Positions 45,446 to 55,697 are shown, counted from the first letter of the stretch. The stretch is 64,000 nt of DNA from an uncultured archaeon (GCA_964392445.1 CAYMPD010000003.1:29133-93132), one strand, 5' to 3'. Translations and numbers: made by a program. Notes: generated by a model not told the origin, from the letters alone.

Positions 45446-47425
45446 ATGGATTACTGGTTTCCTTACAAAGAACAAAGAAAGTACCAAAAAAGAATGATGG
45501 ACTTAGTTTATGATTCACTTCTACAGAAAAAACACTGCGTGATAAGAGCACCAACAGGTATAGGTAAAACCGTTTCAGTCTTAGCATCAACCTTAAAATT
45601 CGCCAAGGAAAGGGGACTAAAAGTCTTATACCTCACCAACAAATTAAGTGCCCAGATCCAACCCCTCAAAGAGTTCAAGGAAATCCAGCAGAAAGTTGAC
45701 GATTACCAATTGTACGGCGGCAGAATCATCTCAAAGAGAGACTTATGCATATTCAAGGCAATCAAAGACCTAGACACAGAATCCTTTTACAATGTCTGCA
45801 AGAGAACCAGGGATGAGGAATGCAAATACTACAAATCTTACAGGAAAAAAATACTGAAAAAACCAAGTAAACTCAAAGAAATCTTTGGTGAGGACGTTTC
45901 AAGTTTCATGAACATCTTCGCGCTCAGGGATAGCATTGAAGACTTTTGTCCCTATTATTCCATTAAGGCCTACCTCAAGGATTACGCTGACTTAATAATT
46001 CTCGATTACAATTATGTTCTTAGTCCTCACATTCGGAAAGGGTTTTTCGAAGCATTCGACCCAGGTAAATGCATAGTGATTTTTGATGAGTGTCATTCTC
46101 TTCCAGACAAGTGCCAACAGTTGAGTTCTTTCAACGTCTCAACCAGCATTTTTGTTGCGTGCATAGACGAAATAAATGATTATCGGGAAAAGTATGTGGA
46201 GGAGAAAGTAAGTGAGAAAGATGAAGAACAAATAAACAAGGAAATAGATGAAACCATCCAGTTATTGACAAGTTTTACCAAAGTAACTCAAAATCTGGTA
46301 AGAACAAGAAGACAAAATGAAGTTCCGTTCAACTTAGACAGAATCAAAGAATTGTCCAGAAACACAGAATTAGAAATTAATAAGAGAGAAATCAAGTACG
46401 CAATTGATGTCTTATCCTACTTTGCTGAAATAATTTTGGAAGATAAGCAGAGAACAAGATGTTTAACCCTGACAAACTTTTTGAAATTACTTTTGGAGAT
46501 ACAAAAAGACGAGAGATTCATTCAATTTTTGGAGGTCAAGAAATACAACGACAAACTATTTTCCTATCTCAACATCCATTGCTTAGATCCATCTTACCTT
46601 TTCAAGGACATACTCGAATCCTCTTACAATGTTATAGCTTTTAGTGGGACACTATTCCTGGAAGAATTCAAAAAATTAATGGGATTTCCTGAAGATACAC
46701 TTTCTGAAGATATACCTTCTCCATTTTCAAGCGACCAGAGAAAAGTTTTGGTTTATCCCAAACAGTATGCTAACTTCACACTTAAAACTCGGAACAAGAA
46801 TGTCGAATTCAAAGCAAACCAGATTACCAAAATTATCAATTCCATGAAAGGCAATGTGTTAGTGGTTTTTCCTTCAACTGACGTCTTCAATATTTATGTC
46901 CCCAGGATCAAAGACCAGCTCAAGAAAACCATTTACTTAAGACCATTTCCTGAGGACTATTTCGACAGTGATGATTACAGGATTATGAGGGAAGATGTTT
47001 TGAAGAGTTTTAAGGACGAGAATAATGCAGTTCTATTTTCAATCGCTTTTGGTTCTTATAATGAGGGTGTTGATTTTATCGGTTGTTTGCAGAATGTCCT
47101 AGTGGTAGGATTTCCTTACCCAGGCATCAATTACCAGAGAAGAAAACTTGAAGATTACTTCACAAAAAAATTCGAGAACAAGGATTATGCTCGATTTCTG
47201 ACATCCATGCTACCTGGTTTGGAGAAAAGCATTCAGTCCGCTGGTAGACCGATTAGGAGTTTTGATGATAAGGCTGTGGTTGTTTTTTATGGTAAACAAT
47301 TTGGCCCTGGTGCATGGAGGTATCATAAATTCCTTGATCTATTCCCAGATGATTTGAAACGGGACTGTGTAATTCCAACTGACTTCGATGAGGTTTTGGA
47401 GGAAATCAAAAGTTTCAGTTATTGA
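45446..47425 (+). CDS. xpd: XPD/Rad3 family Fe-S SF2 helicase
   Basis: Q motif RKYQ, APTGIGKT, four Cys (LCIF, VCK, CKYY, FCPYY), DYNY, DECH, SGT, EGVDF, QSAGRPIR. Confidence 0.9.
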   Translation: MDYWFPYKEQRKYQKRMMDLVYDSLLQKKHCVIRAPTGIGKTVSVLASTLKFAKERGLKVLYLTNKLSAQIQPLKEFKEIQQKVDDYQLYGGRIISKRDLCIFKAIKDLDTESFYNVCKRTRDEECKYYKSYRKKILKKPSKLKEIFGEDVSSFMNIFALRDSIEDFCPYYSIKAYLKDYADLIILDYNYVLSPHIRKGFFEAFDPGKCIVIFDECHSLPDKCQQLSSFNVSTSIFVACIDEINDYREKYVEEKVSEKDEEQINKEIDETIQLLTSFTKVTQNLVRTRRQNEVPFNLDRIKELSRNTELEINKREIKYAIDVLSYFAEIILEDKQRTRCLTLTNFLKLLLEIQKDERFIQFLEVKKYNDKLFSYLNIHCLDPSYLFKDILESSYNVIAFSGTLFLEEFKKLMGFPEDTLSEDIPSPFSSDQRKVLVYPKQYANFTLKTRNKNVEFKANQITKIINSMKGNVLVVFPSTDVFNIYVPRIKDQLKKTIYLRPFPEDYFDSDDYRIMREDVLKSFKDENNAVLFSIAFGSYNEGVDFIGCLQNVLVVGFPYPGINYQRRKLEDYFTKKFENKDYARFLTSMLPGLEKSIQSAGRPIRSFDDKAVVVFYGKQFGPGAWRYHKFLDLFPDDLKRDCVIPTDFDEVLEEIKSFSY

Positions 47426-47477
47426 AACCCTTCTAATTATGACGATTTTATAAGTTTAACATGTTTTAAATAGAGGT

Positions 47478-47846
47478 ATGAATAAGGGCAAATTGGATCC
47501 AAGAGTGCTGATAGAAGCAATTAAAATATATTACGAAATAGCATGGGGAGAATTACCTGATGACGATCTTATACTCCGTAGAAATGCTAATTATTTGTCA
47601 TCTCGAAGAGGTTTTAGTAATAGTTCTTCTTCTAGATTGGGGCGATCTGGTTATATAGATATGAAACTTGTAGTTCATTATATTCAAGATATGAGGGCGA
47701 TTTGGGCCCCAGACCAGGAATATTCACTTTCTGTTTTTACAAACGACAGAGGTATTCGACAAGATGTCAAAGACGAAAACCAAAGACTAAAAGAACAAAT
47801 AGAATCTGCTTGGAGAGAAGCAGGTTATCCAGTAAGACCCCAATGA
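47478..47846 (+). CDS. Hypothetical protein
   Basis: 122-aa ORF with AGAGGT SD. Confidence 0.6.
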   Translation: MNKGKLDPRVLIEAIKIYYEIAWGELPDDDLILRRNANYLSSRRGFSNSSSSRLGRSGYIDMKLVVHYIQDMRAIWAPDQEYSLSVFTNDRGIRQDVKDENQRLKEQIESAWREAGYPVRPQ

Positions 47847-47874
47847 AGAAACTTTAATTTACTGAAAACAATTA

Positions 47875-48303
47875 ATGAGTATGACCAACTTGAGAAAACT
47901 TTACATCTACACTGACGGTGGTGCAAGAGGCAATCCTGGTCCTGGTGCAATCGGTATTCTAATTTGTGACAGTAAAAAAAGATATCTTTACAAAGGAGGA
48001 GACTATATCGGTGAAACAACTAACAACCGAGCCGAGTATACTGCACTAATAGAAGCATTGAAGAAGGCAAGGAAATATTCCAAAGGCGAAGTTGAATGTT
48101 TTTCTGACAGTAAATTAATGGTCAAGCAACTCCAAGGCGAATACAAGGTCAAGAATTACTTCCTGAAGGAATTATATCAAAAAATCAAAGAATTAGAAAA
48201 GAATTTCAAAAGGGTTAATTATCACCATGTCAGACGAGAAGATACAGGAATACAGATTGTTGATGAGTTGTTGAATAAAGTTCTGGATGACAATGGGAAA
48301 TGA
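47875..48303 (+). CDS. rnhA: Ribonuclease HI
   Basis: YTDGGARGNPGP, TNNRAEY, FSDSKL, HVRRE...VDEL. Confidence 0.92.
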   Translation: MSMTNLRKLYIYTDGGARGNPGPGAIGILICDSKKRYLYKGGDYIGETTNNRAEYTALIEALKKARKYSKGEVECFSDSKLMVKQLQGEYKVKNYFLKELYQKIKELEKNFKRVNYHHVRREDTGIQIVDELLNKVLDDNGK

Positions 48304-48310
48304 ATTTTTA

Positions 48311-48442
48311 CTAACCCTTTCTATGCAAGACAACCATGAATAAAACGAAAATTAGGAATACCAGAATGATAGATATTAATGAGAATTTAATAGCACTAGT
48401 TTCCCAAGTCAGTCCTTTTGTGGCGTTAAGTAAATCATTCAT
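48311..48442 (-). CDS. Small membrane protein (43 aa)
   Basis: ATG overlaps the PLD gene stop; MNDLLNATKGLTWETSAIKFSLISIILVFLIFVLFMVVLHRKG*. Confidence 0.55.
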   Translation of the reverse strand: MNDLLNATKGLTWETSAIKFSLISIILVFLIFVLFMVVLHRKG

Positions 48443-49802
48443 AGTAAATCCACTCCTCCTCACAATTGATCCTATCATAACTCTTCCTAGAAATAGTCTC
48501 ACCAGTACTAACTTCCAACCCCCATTCATCTTCCCAGTTGACATAATCAACCCAATAACCAGCTTTACTAAGAATAACATAACCCCCAGTATTAGGGAGA
48601 GAAAATTTAGAATAAAATTTCTTTTTCTCACCGCTAGGAATCACACCATTCAATCTTTGATTGTATTTTTCACGAGAAATAAAATAATACCCCAGATCAA
48701 CATCACTACTAGTAGGATTGTAAACTTCAACATACTCTTCTTCACTATCTTTACCAGCACAATCATAATAAACTTCTGAAATCACAACATCGTCAGCAGG
48801 TAAACATTCACCAATCTCTCCACCATCATAATTCCATACTCGTTCGAATTCCTCCAAAAACTTGTCAGCAACATCTTTGTCATGGATTATTAATACATTC
48901 TCGTCATTCCTCTTATTCCCAGACACAGTCGGATTATATGACCCAGTAATAACTGTTTCATTATCTACAATAAAAACCTTGTGATGTAAATTATACTTAT
49001 TTTTATCTAATTTAACCTCAATACCAGCATCTTTCAACCTATGGTATTCTGAATATTCACTCATACCAGCGCTCTCAAAAATACCTTTAACCTCAATCTC
49101 ATCATCCCAATTCCTTATCAACATATTCCCGACATCATTATCCGTGAAACTAAATGTCATAAAATATATTTCGGTTTTTGTATTTGCTAAAATATCTATT
49201 ACATGACCAGAACAATCGTCCTCAGGACAAAAATAATTCTCGACTTTACTGTCTTCCAAGTAAACTATTGGATATTCAACTTCATTCCCACTAGAAAATG
49301 TTTCTTCGTATAACTCTTTGAATTCCTCTTCATAGTTTCTAGCAAGATATTCCGATTCGATTATCAACATATTATTATTATTGTAAAAATTCCCCCTTTC
49401 AGTAGGGTTAAATGACCCAGTAAAGAATTTCTTTCCATCCATCACACAGAATTTATTATGCATTAACTGGTTCCCGGGATTTGTGATAGGGTTTAATTCT
49501 TTACACGCATCCTCGTTTTTAATATCTGTAACCAACTTGACCTCAATTTCATCTCTTTTCAATTCATCTTTAATATCATCTAAATCCAGATCAAATAATG
49601 CACAGTGAATCGATTTCTCAGCTTCAGAAAGAAGTTCAACTAACTTCTCTTGGCATCCATCTTGAGGACAAAAATAAATTTCCAGATTTTTTTCATCTTC
49701 CCTAACAATTTTCGGAGCTTTTGTGACCTGACCGCTTGGACTAAGTGTCGTACAGCCGCTGAGTAGAAGAATTAGTAAAACAAGAACAATTATCTTTTTC
49801 AT
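48435..49802 (-). CDS. Lipoprotein with two PLD (HKD) domains and a C-terminal lamin-tail-like domain
   Basis: Lipobox LLSGC; HNKFCVMD and HHKVFIVD; GSFNPT/GSYNPT; VVISEVYYD...EEYVEVYNP. Confidence 0.85.
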   Translation of the reverse strand: MKKIIVLVLLILLLSGCTTLSPSGQVTKAPKIVREDEKNLEIYFCPQDGCQEKLVELLSEAEKSIHCALFDLDLDDIKDELKRDEIEVKLVTDIKNEDACKELNPITNPGNQLMHNKFCVMDGKKFFTGSFNPTERGNFYNNNNMLIIESEYLARNYEEEFKELYEETFSSGNEVEYPIVYLEDSKVENYFCPEDDCSGHVIDILANTKTEIYFMTFSFTDNDVGNMLIRNWDDEIEVKGIFESAGMSEYSEYHRLKDAGIEVKLDKNKYNLHHKVFIVDNETVITGSYNPTVSGNKRNDENVLIIHDKDVADKFLEEFERVWNYDGGEIGECLPADDVVISEVYYDCAGKDSEEEYVEVYNPTSSDVDLGYYFISREKYNQRLNGVIPSGEKKKFYSKFSLPNTGGYVILSKAGYWVDYVNWEDEWGLEVSTGETISRKSYDRINCEEEWIYYE

Positions 49803-49824
49803 AGGTAATTTATTCGAGATGGTT

Positions 49825-50232
49825 TCATATATCTCTTACGGCTTGCCTAGCACCACATGCCTCACAAACCATAATCATAATCCTACCTTCTTTCACAAGT
49901 TTAGTATCTGGTCTATCACATTCTTTACAGTAAATAAATTCTCTGATGTAGGATTTCAATTTCTTTTCAATCAATCTTCTAGAAACCTTACCTTGAAGAA
50001 CTAAACTCTTACCTTTCATATGCCCAGGCTTTGCTAACTCATGAAACAGAAATTTAGCAAGATGTTTTGGATCCCTTCTCATAGTGTCAGTCATATCCTG
50101 AAAATTGGTGATAAAGGTCTGATTTCCTTGAATCATTAGCTTAGGTCTAGGTATTTTCAGCCTCTTTTTCTTAGTTGTATTATCCGGTAACTTTTCTTTC
50201 GCTTCTTTGAGCATATCTTCATAATTCTTCAC
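49825..50232 (-). CDS. eif2b: Translation initiation factor aIF2 beta
   Basis: YEDML, TFITNF, RDPKHLAKFL, CKECDRPDT, CEACGA. Confidence 0.95.
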   Translation of the reverse strand: MKNYEDMLKEAKEKLPDNTTKKKRLKIPRPKLMIQGNQTFITNFQDMTDTMRRDPKHLAKFLFHELAKPGHMKGKSLVLQGKVSRRLIEKKLKSYIREFIYCKECDRPDTKLVKEGRIMIMVCEACGARQAVRDI

Positions 50233-50241
50233 GCAAACACC

Positions 50242-50979
50242 CTAAACTTTCTTTATAACACCTGGTTTTGGCTCATAACATATTCCTTCTGTCAACAATT
50301 CATTTGCTGTTTCTTGGAAAAGACTGTCTTCCATACCAGATTCTTTTAGTAATTCTTTGAACGTAACTCCTTCTCCCTTATCCATATCTTTGATTAGTTC
50401 TAGCAACAAAGGTTTATAATCCTTTTCCTTTTCCTTTACTTTATCCCCTAAATTCTCAAGAACGGATTCAATATCCTCCTCATTAAATCCATGCTTCTTT
50501 ACCATGTACTTTTTCAATTCTTGTAAATCCGAGAACTTATCTTGACTTTTCTTAACCATTTCATTAATCTTTTTCTTTTCTGTAATCCTTTTTAGAACTT
50601 TTAATTTATGATAACTCTCATAATCATTGCCTGCCCTTTTCAGAACTTCAGGAATAATATAATTCTCGTCATTATATTCCCTTACCTTACCAATCAGCAT
50701 CACATGATCTCCAATATTAAAATCGTCAAAAAAATCAGAATCCTCTTGAAAGGCCTTAGTCCTTATAGCATCAGTATCATCATCAATTGTAACAGAAGAA
50801 TAATTCCCATCATCACTCATGAATTTATCAACAATCGTACCAACAATCTTTGTCCGAGCTATTCTCTCGCCAAGACTTGTCAGAACATAACTAGGTTCCA
50901 TTCCTTCCTTTTTTACAAATGTTCCATTAACTATGTCAGAAATTCTTGCTACTTTTGTTGTTTGTCTTAGTGTTTCCAT
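50242..50979 (-). CDS. Replication protein A, RPA32-like subunit (OB fold plus wHTH)
   Basis: ARTKIVGTIV, IDDDT, IGKVREY; C-terminal GICYEPKPG wHTH. Confidence 0.82.
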   Translation of the reverse strand: METLRQTTKVARISDIVNGTFVKKEGMEPSYVLTSLGERIARTKIVGTIVDKFMSDDGNYSSVTIDDDTDAIRTKAFQEDSDFFDDFNIGDHVMLIGKVREYNDENYIIPEVLKRAGNDYESYHKLKVLKRITEKKKINEMVKKSQDKFSDLQELKKYMVKKHGFNEEDIESVLENLGDKVKEKEKDYKPLLLELIKDMDKGEGVTFKELLKESGMEDSLFQETANELLTEGICYEPKPGVIKKV

Positions 50980-51016
50980 GTCTTTTATTATATGAGATTA
51001 AACTTTTATGGTTTGG

Positions 51017-53542
51017 TTAGACCTTCTGAATTACTCTTGGTTTAGGTTCAAACACCAAACCTTCCTCTTTCATCTTCTTGATTATATCACTAGGCCTCTC
51101 AACACCCTCTTCCTTGGCTCTTCTTGTTATTTCCTCAACAGGAATATTCTTTCCTATAGTATTATGTAACTCGTCAATCACATCAAGCATAATTCTTATC
51201 TTACTTCTCTGTGAACTAGTCGCCATCGCACCCTCAGCACGATCAATATCAATCAAACCAGTTTCAGGGTCAAAACCGAATTGTCGCAAAGAATATTTCA
51301 ACACTTCAATAGCTCTTTCTGCATCTTCTTCCTCAACTTTTTCACTTAATCTTACCTTTGCACTAGCTTCAGATAGCCTTATCAATCCCTCATATTGTCT
51401 TAATGTTATTGGAACAGGGGATTCTTCGCTTGTGGATTTACTTCTGAGATTAATGTAGAAATCTTTGAGTTTTTTCCCTGCCGGTTCGGTTAATTTTGGT
51501 TGACAATTTAGTTTTGTGTAAGCTATGTATTTTTTCAGGAAGGGAGTAGCAATCTTTGGAGCTATCTCGTCGGTCTTAAAATGTCTGGAATCGAGGATAT
51601 GATCAACTATCTTCTCATCTTTTTGAACATCTGGAACATCTCTTAAAGCAAACTTAAGATCAAACCTTGACAGTAAAGTTTCTGGGATATTAATTTGTTC
51701 TCTAATTGGAATGTACGGATCGAATCTACTTAATTTAGGATTAGCACCTGCAAGAATAGAAGTTTTGGACGGTAATGTTGCTACAATTGAAGCCTTTGCT
51801 ATTGATACCGTCTGAAGACTTAATGCCTCGTGCATTGCTACTTGGTCTTCTTTGTTCACTTTTTCGAATTCGTCTATAGATACGAGTGACTTGTTGGCTA
51901 GTACTAAAGCACCCGCTTCTAAAACCCATCCTCCCATGAATTGTTCATCCTTCACTACTGAGGCGGTATTATGGACTATCACCCCATTAACCATGAAACT
52001 ATGGGTACCTTCTATTGTTAGATCATAAACAAAATCTTCTGAATCATTTTCAACAATCTCAACCTTTTCAATTTCATCCCAAAATATATCAGAATTAGCT
52101 AGTTTTTCAGATATTTTTCTTACTGTAGCCACACTATCTTTTTCACTCAGACTATCAGCCGTCTTCCAAAAAATACCCCCATCCTCAATGGTAGGTATAG
52201 GATTATCAAGTGTACATTCAACAGTTTTACCAGATCTTGTTGTTATCTTCACCATTTTCTTCGGTGCGGGTATTTTCCAATATTGTGATATTTCCAGAGG
52301 CTTTATTTTCATGTCTTCTTCATCAAGAGAGATTATTTTTTGTTTTTTAGGATTTTTAGCAACGATTATACCATTTTCTTTTTCTAATTCCCCTTTCTTT
52401 AATTCTCTTTCAACCAAATCTCTTATTTCTAAAATCTTTCCATCCCCAAGAAACACTTTAGAATCCCCTTTAACACATAAACCAGCTCCCGTCACTCCCT
52501 TTCCACTCACATACTTTCCACGTGGCATCATATCCGAAGCTAATTTCAACAACCTCGATTTACCTGTAGAAGGGTCACCTATCAATAAAATATGAATATC
52601 ACCCCTAATCCTAGTCCCATCTTTAAGTTCATGTGGAGTTCCACCAAACAACTGAAGTACAATAGAAAGTTTAATCGGCTCTAGACCATACATTGTTGGG
52701 GCCAAAGAAGCAGTGAGTTTTTCATATATTTTAGGATCTTTTGCAAATTCCTTGATCTTCTTTTCTTCCTCAGGATCAATCTCAATTTCTTCCCACTCTT
52801 CTTCCGATACCTCAAAATTGTTAGCATGAATCAATATATCCATCTGTCTGGTTCTTTTACCGCGTGAAGTCGTCCTAGGAATTTCTTCTAAAACACCAAA
52901 AACTTTTATCCTGTTCCCAGGTTCAGACCTATTTCTCATTTTTGGTGATACCAAATCTTCTTTCAAATAAACCATTATTTCAGACGGTCTTTCCCCAGTA
53001 GTTATCTCAAAAGGCTCTTCGACTGCTATCCATCTTGCATCATACAATTTTTCCTTGATTATCTTGAAATTCCTTCTATTACCACAATCACATTTAACCG
53101 GATATTTGACCTTCTTTGATTTTTTGTCTTGTATAATTTTTAATCTCTGTCCACATTCCTGACATTCAAAGACTATCTCTGAAATTTCTGGTCTTACTTC
53201 CGAAGCTCGCTTAACAATACCGTCTATTGTGAGAAAATTGCCTATATGTTCTGCTCGAAGATTTCTTATTCGGATAGCCGTACTTTCGGGGAGATTAAAG
53301 AATCTTATGTTAACGGGTTGTTTTTTAGGGAAATCAATTTCCTCAACCGACTTATTTATCAGCTCCAAATTCTCAGCTGGGTTTTCAAGTATAGCATCTG
53401 CGAGCGCAGGATTGAATTTATCTAGTTCTTGAAAGTCAATCCGAAGACTATTATTCCCTAAACTAACAGCTTGGGCTAAGTCCTTGTAATATTTCTCCCT
53501 AAGAAATTCAGTGAATTGATCAGCAATATCATTCTTTTTCAT
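51017..53542 (-). CDS. mcm: MCM replicative helicase containing a mini-intein
   Basis: Zn finger CQEC/CDC, GDPSTGKS, IDEFEK, ANP, LLSRFD, ITLRQ. Confidence 0.95.
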   Translation of the reverse strand: MKKNDIADQFTEFLREKYYKDLAQAVSLGNNSLRIDFQELDKFNPALADAILENPAENLELINKSVEEIDFPKKQPVNIRFFNLPESTAIRIRNLRAEHIGNFLTIDGIVKRASEVRPEISEIVFECQECGQRLKIIQDKKSKKVKYPVKCDCGNRRNFKIIKEKLYDARWIAVEEPFEITTGERPSEIMVYLKEDLVSPKMRNRSEPGNRIKVFGVLEEIPRTTSRGKRTRQMDILIHANNFEVSEEEWEEIEIDPEEEKKIKEFAKDPKIYEKLTASLAPTMYGLEPIKLSIVLQLFGGTPHELKDGTRIRGDIHILLIGDPSTGKSRLLKLASDMMPRGKYVSGKGVTGAGLCVKGDSKVFLGDGKILEIRDLVERELKKGELEKENGIIVAKNPKKQKIISLDEEDMKIKPLEISQYWKIPAPKKMVKITTRSGKTVECTLDNPIPTIEDGGIFWKTADSLSEKDSVATVRKISEKLANSDIFWDEIEKVEIVENDSEDFVYDLTIEGTHSFMVNGVIVHNTASVVKDEQFMGGWVLEAGALVLANKSLVSIDEFEKVNKEDQVAMHEALSLQTVSIAKASIVATLPSKTSILAGANPKLSRFDPYIPIREQINIPETLLSRFDLKFALRDVPDVQKDEKIVDHILDSRHFKTDEIAPKIATPFLKKYIAYTKLNCQPKLTEPAGKKLKDFYINLRSKSTSEESPVPITLRQYEGLIRLSEASAKVRLSEKVEEEDAERAIEVLKYSLRQFGFDPETGLIDIDRAEGAMATSSQRSKIRIMLDVIDELHNTIGKNIPVEEITRRAKEEGVERPSDIIKKMKEEGLVFEPKPRVIQKV
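51968..52477 (-). mobile_element. 170-aa mini-intein in MCM (C356-N525), no endonuclease domain
   Basis: GAGL|CVKGDSKV...VYDLTIEGTHSFMVNGVIVHN|TAS; Cys1, His-Asn end, Thr+1; block B reads TLDNP. Confidence 0.93.
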
Positions 53543-53544
53543 AA

Positions 53545-54111
53545 TTAATATTTCGTGATTGCATTTATACTCTTTAATTTCTTTGATAATTCATTGACGG
53601 CATATTCCACGTCTTCGACCTTCCTAGCACCTGTACACACGATTTTACCAGAACTGAAAAGTAAGAATGCAACTTTAGGATCTTTCATCCTGTAAACCAA
53701 TCCTGGAAATTGTTCAGGCTCATATTCAGATTGTACGAGCTCAAAAGCTATATTATCCAGATTCAATCTACCGTCAAGTTTTGATGAAGCAACAATATTT
53801 TGAATTTCAATCTTGTACTTTTTTGGGGGACCTATTTTTTGATTTTTTAAGACCTCTACGACCTTTTTAATCACAGTTTTAACGTCCTCAACACTTCTTG
53901 CCCCAGTACAAACAATTTTACCAGACGAAAATATCAGTGTAGCAGCCTTAGGATCTTTCATCCTGTAAACCAACCCGGGAAACTGCTCGGGTTCATATTC
54001 TGTTCCCTCAAGATGTCGAACCAAAGACTCAAGAGGTATTCTTACACCTAAAGCAACTGAAGCCACAATATTTTCCACTTTGATATCAAATTTTTTTGCC
54101 ATAATTATCAC
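53545..54111 (-). CDS. tbp: TATA-box binding protein
   Basis: Two repeats of NIVAS...YEPEQFPGLVYR...LIFSSGKIVCTGA. Confidence 0.97.
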   Translation of the reverse strand: MIIMAKKFDIKVENIVASVALGVRIPLESLVRHLEGTEYEPEQFPGLVYRMKDPKAATLIFSSGKIVCTGARSVEDVKTVIKKVVEVLKNQKIGPPKKYKIEIQNIVASSKLDGRLNLDNIAFELVQSEYEPEQFPGLVYRMKDPKVAFLLFSSGKIVCTGARKVEDVEYAVNELSKKLKSINAITKY

Positions 54112-54151
54112 TTACATTATTATCTTAATTGACATATTTAAATGGTTTTAT

Positions 54152-54631
54152 TTAACTGTATTTACTGATATTAAGTAAAAACTCGTTTAACTTCCATATC
54201 GGAACTACGAGTGTATTACTGTGTTCCACTAGATTTTCCTCATACCATGTTACAACCATAGGTTTAAATACCTGATTTTTGTCCAGTTTTAGCTTGTTTT
54301 TAGCGATTGGGTTGGTTTTTATGAATTTTTGGAACTCTTCTAATCTCTCTTCTTGGTCCTCAATAGCGTATTTCAAAGCGGATTTCTTGTATCTACCAGT
54401 AGACCACTGTTTACAGTCTATTAGAAGTGTTTTGTTGCCTTTTGTGGCTACTAAATCGATTTCGTACCGTCTTTTTGTCTTGAATCTGAAGTTACTTTGA
54501 ATTTTGAATTCGTGTTTTTCTAGGATACTCGAGACTAATTCCTCGAAATCTTGCCAGGTGATATCTTCTACTATTTCCTCTATTTGTTTTCCTTCTTGGA
54601 GTTTTTGTTTGATTTTGTTAAGTGAGATCAT
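54152..54631 (-). CDS. Mrr-like PD-(D/E)xK nuclease-fold protein
   Basis: WQDFEELV, EIDLVA...LLIDCKQW. Confidence 0.78.
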   Translation of the reverse strand: MISLNKIKQKLQEGKQIEEIVEDITWQDFEELVSSILEKHEFKIQSNFRFKTKRRYEIDLVATKGNKTLLIDCKQWSTGRYKKSALKYAIEDQEERLEEFQKFIKTNPIAKNKLKLDKNQVFKPMVVTWYEENLVEHSNTLVVPIWKLNEFLLNISKYS

Positions 54632-54686
54632 AGTTGTCGTTCCAAATTATTTTAGTTAAGAAATAAAAGTTATTGAAAAATAGTTT

Positions 54687-55697
54687 TTAACCCCAAATAC
54701 CAACTAGTTCCTCCCCACATTTAGGGCATTTACCATCTTCAATTTTATTTTCAAGCATAGAACACCCATATCGTGTTATCAACAATTCTCCACAATTAGG
54801 ACAATAGGTATTATTCATGGGGTTCCCTGGATCACGGCCACTATAAGCATAAACGTATTTCAAGTGTTTCTTACCAATATCCCAACATTTCTTTAAAGTT
54901 TTTACACGAGTATAAGGAATATCTTTGCACTGATAGCTAGGAAAGAACCCAATAAACTGAATAGGAATATTTTCACTAAGATTGTTTTTTATCCACTTTA
55001 CTAATTCTTTGACCTTTTCTAAATCATCTCCGACTTCAGGGACAATCAGATCCGTCACTTCAACATGTACACCATTCTCATGATAAAGCTTCATCGTTTC
55101 AAGTATCTTCTCGCCATCAGGAACAGAACAATAGTCCTTAAGAAATTTCTTATCCAATGAACCTTTTACATCAACAACAGCAGCATCAAGGTACTTGGAA
55201 ATCTTCTTAGCAGGTTTAGTTGAAATATAACCATTGGTTACAAATACATTGTAAAGTCCTTCTTTCTTTGCCAACTTAGCAGTATCATGAGCATATTCAA
55301 AAAATATAGTGGGTTCTGTGTAAGTGTAAGCAATCCCATCACATCCCTTTTCAAGGGCAATGTCAATGATTTCATTAGGTGAAACCTTCTTTCCCCTAAT
55401 CTCTTTTGCCTGAGATATGTGCGGATTGCAACAAAATTTACATCTAAAATTACATCCAACTGTCGCGATCGAGAGTGACCGAGAACCAGGATGAAAATGG
55501 AAAAATGGTTTCTTTTCAATTGGATCAACTTGAATACTATTTAATTTCTCATAAACTAGGGAGTGTAGTTTACCATCAATATTCTTCCTAACATTACAAA
55601 AACCAGTCTTATCTTCTGATATTTTACATTCCCAAGGACAAAGGTGACACTTTACCTTCTTACCTTCCAATTTCTCATAAAACATAGCTTTTTTCAT
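54687..55697 (-). CDS. AmmeMemoRadiSam-type radical SAM enzyme
   Basis: Start MKKAMFYEKL; CHLCPWEC, DPIEKKP, GCNFRCKFC, YTYTEPT, TNG, CPNCG, CPKCG. Confidence 0.9.
   Translation of the reverse strand: MKKAMFYEKLEGKKVKCHLCPWECKISEDKTGFCNVRKNIDGKLHSLVYEKLNSIQVDPIEKKPFFHFHPGSRSLSIATVGCNFRCKFCCNPHISQAKEIRGKKVSPNEIIDIALEKGCDGIAYTYTEPTIFFEYAHDTAKLAKKEGLYNVFVTNGYISTKPAKKISKYLDAAVVDVKGSLDKKFLKDYCSVPDGEKILETMKLYHENGVHVEVTDLIVPEVGDDLEKVKELVKWIKNNLSENIPIQFIGFFPSYQCKDIPYTRVKTLKKCWDIGKKHLKYVYAYSGRDPGNPMNNTYCPNCGELLITRYGCSMLENKIEDGKCPKCGEELVGIWG

Noticed and set aside
48311-48779. ORF-track frames 48311-48631 (-) N-terminal part and 48336-48779 (+)
   Set aside because: They shadow the PLD gene; only the last 43 codons (from ATG 48442) of the minus frame lie essentially outside it.
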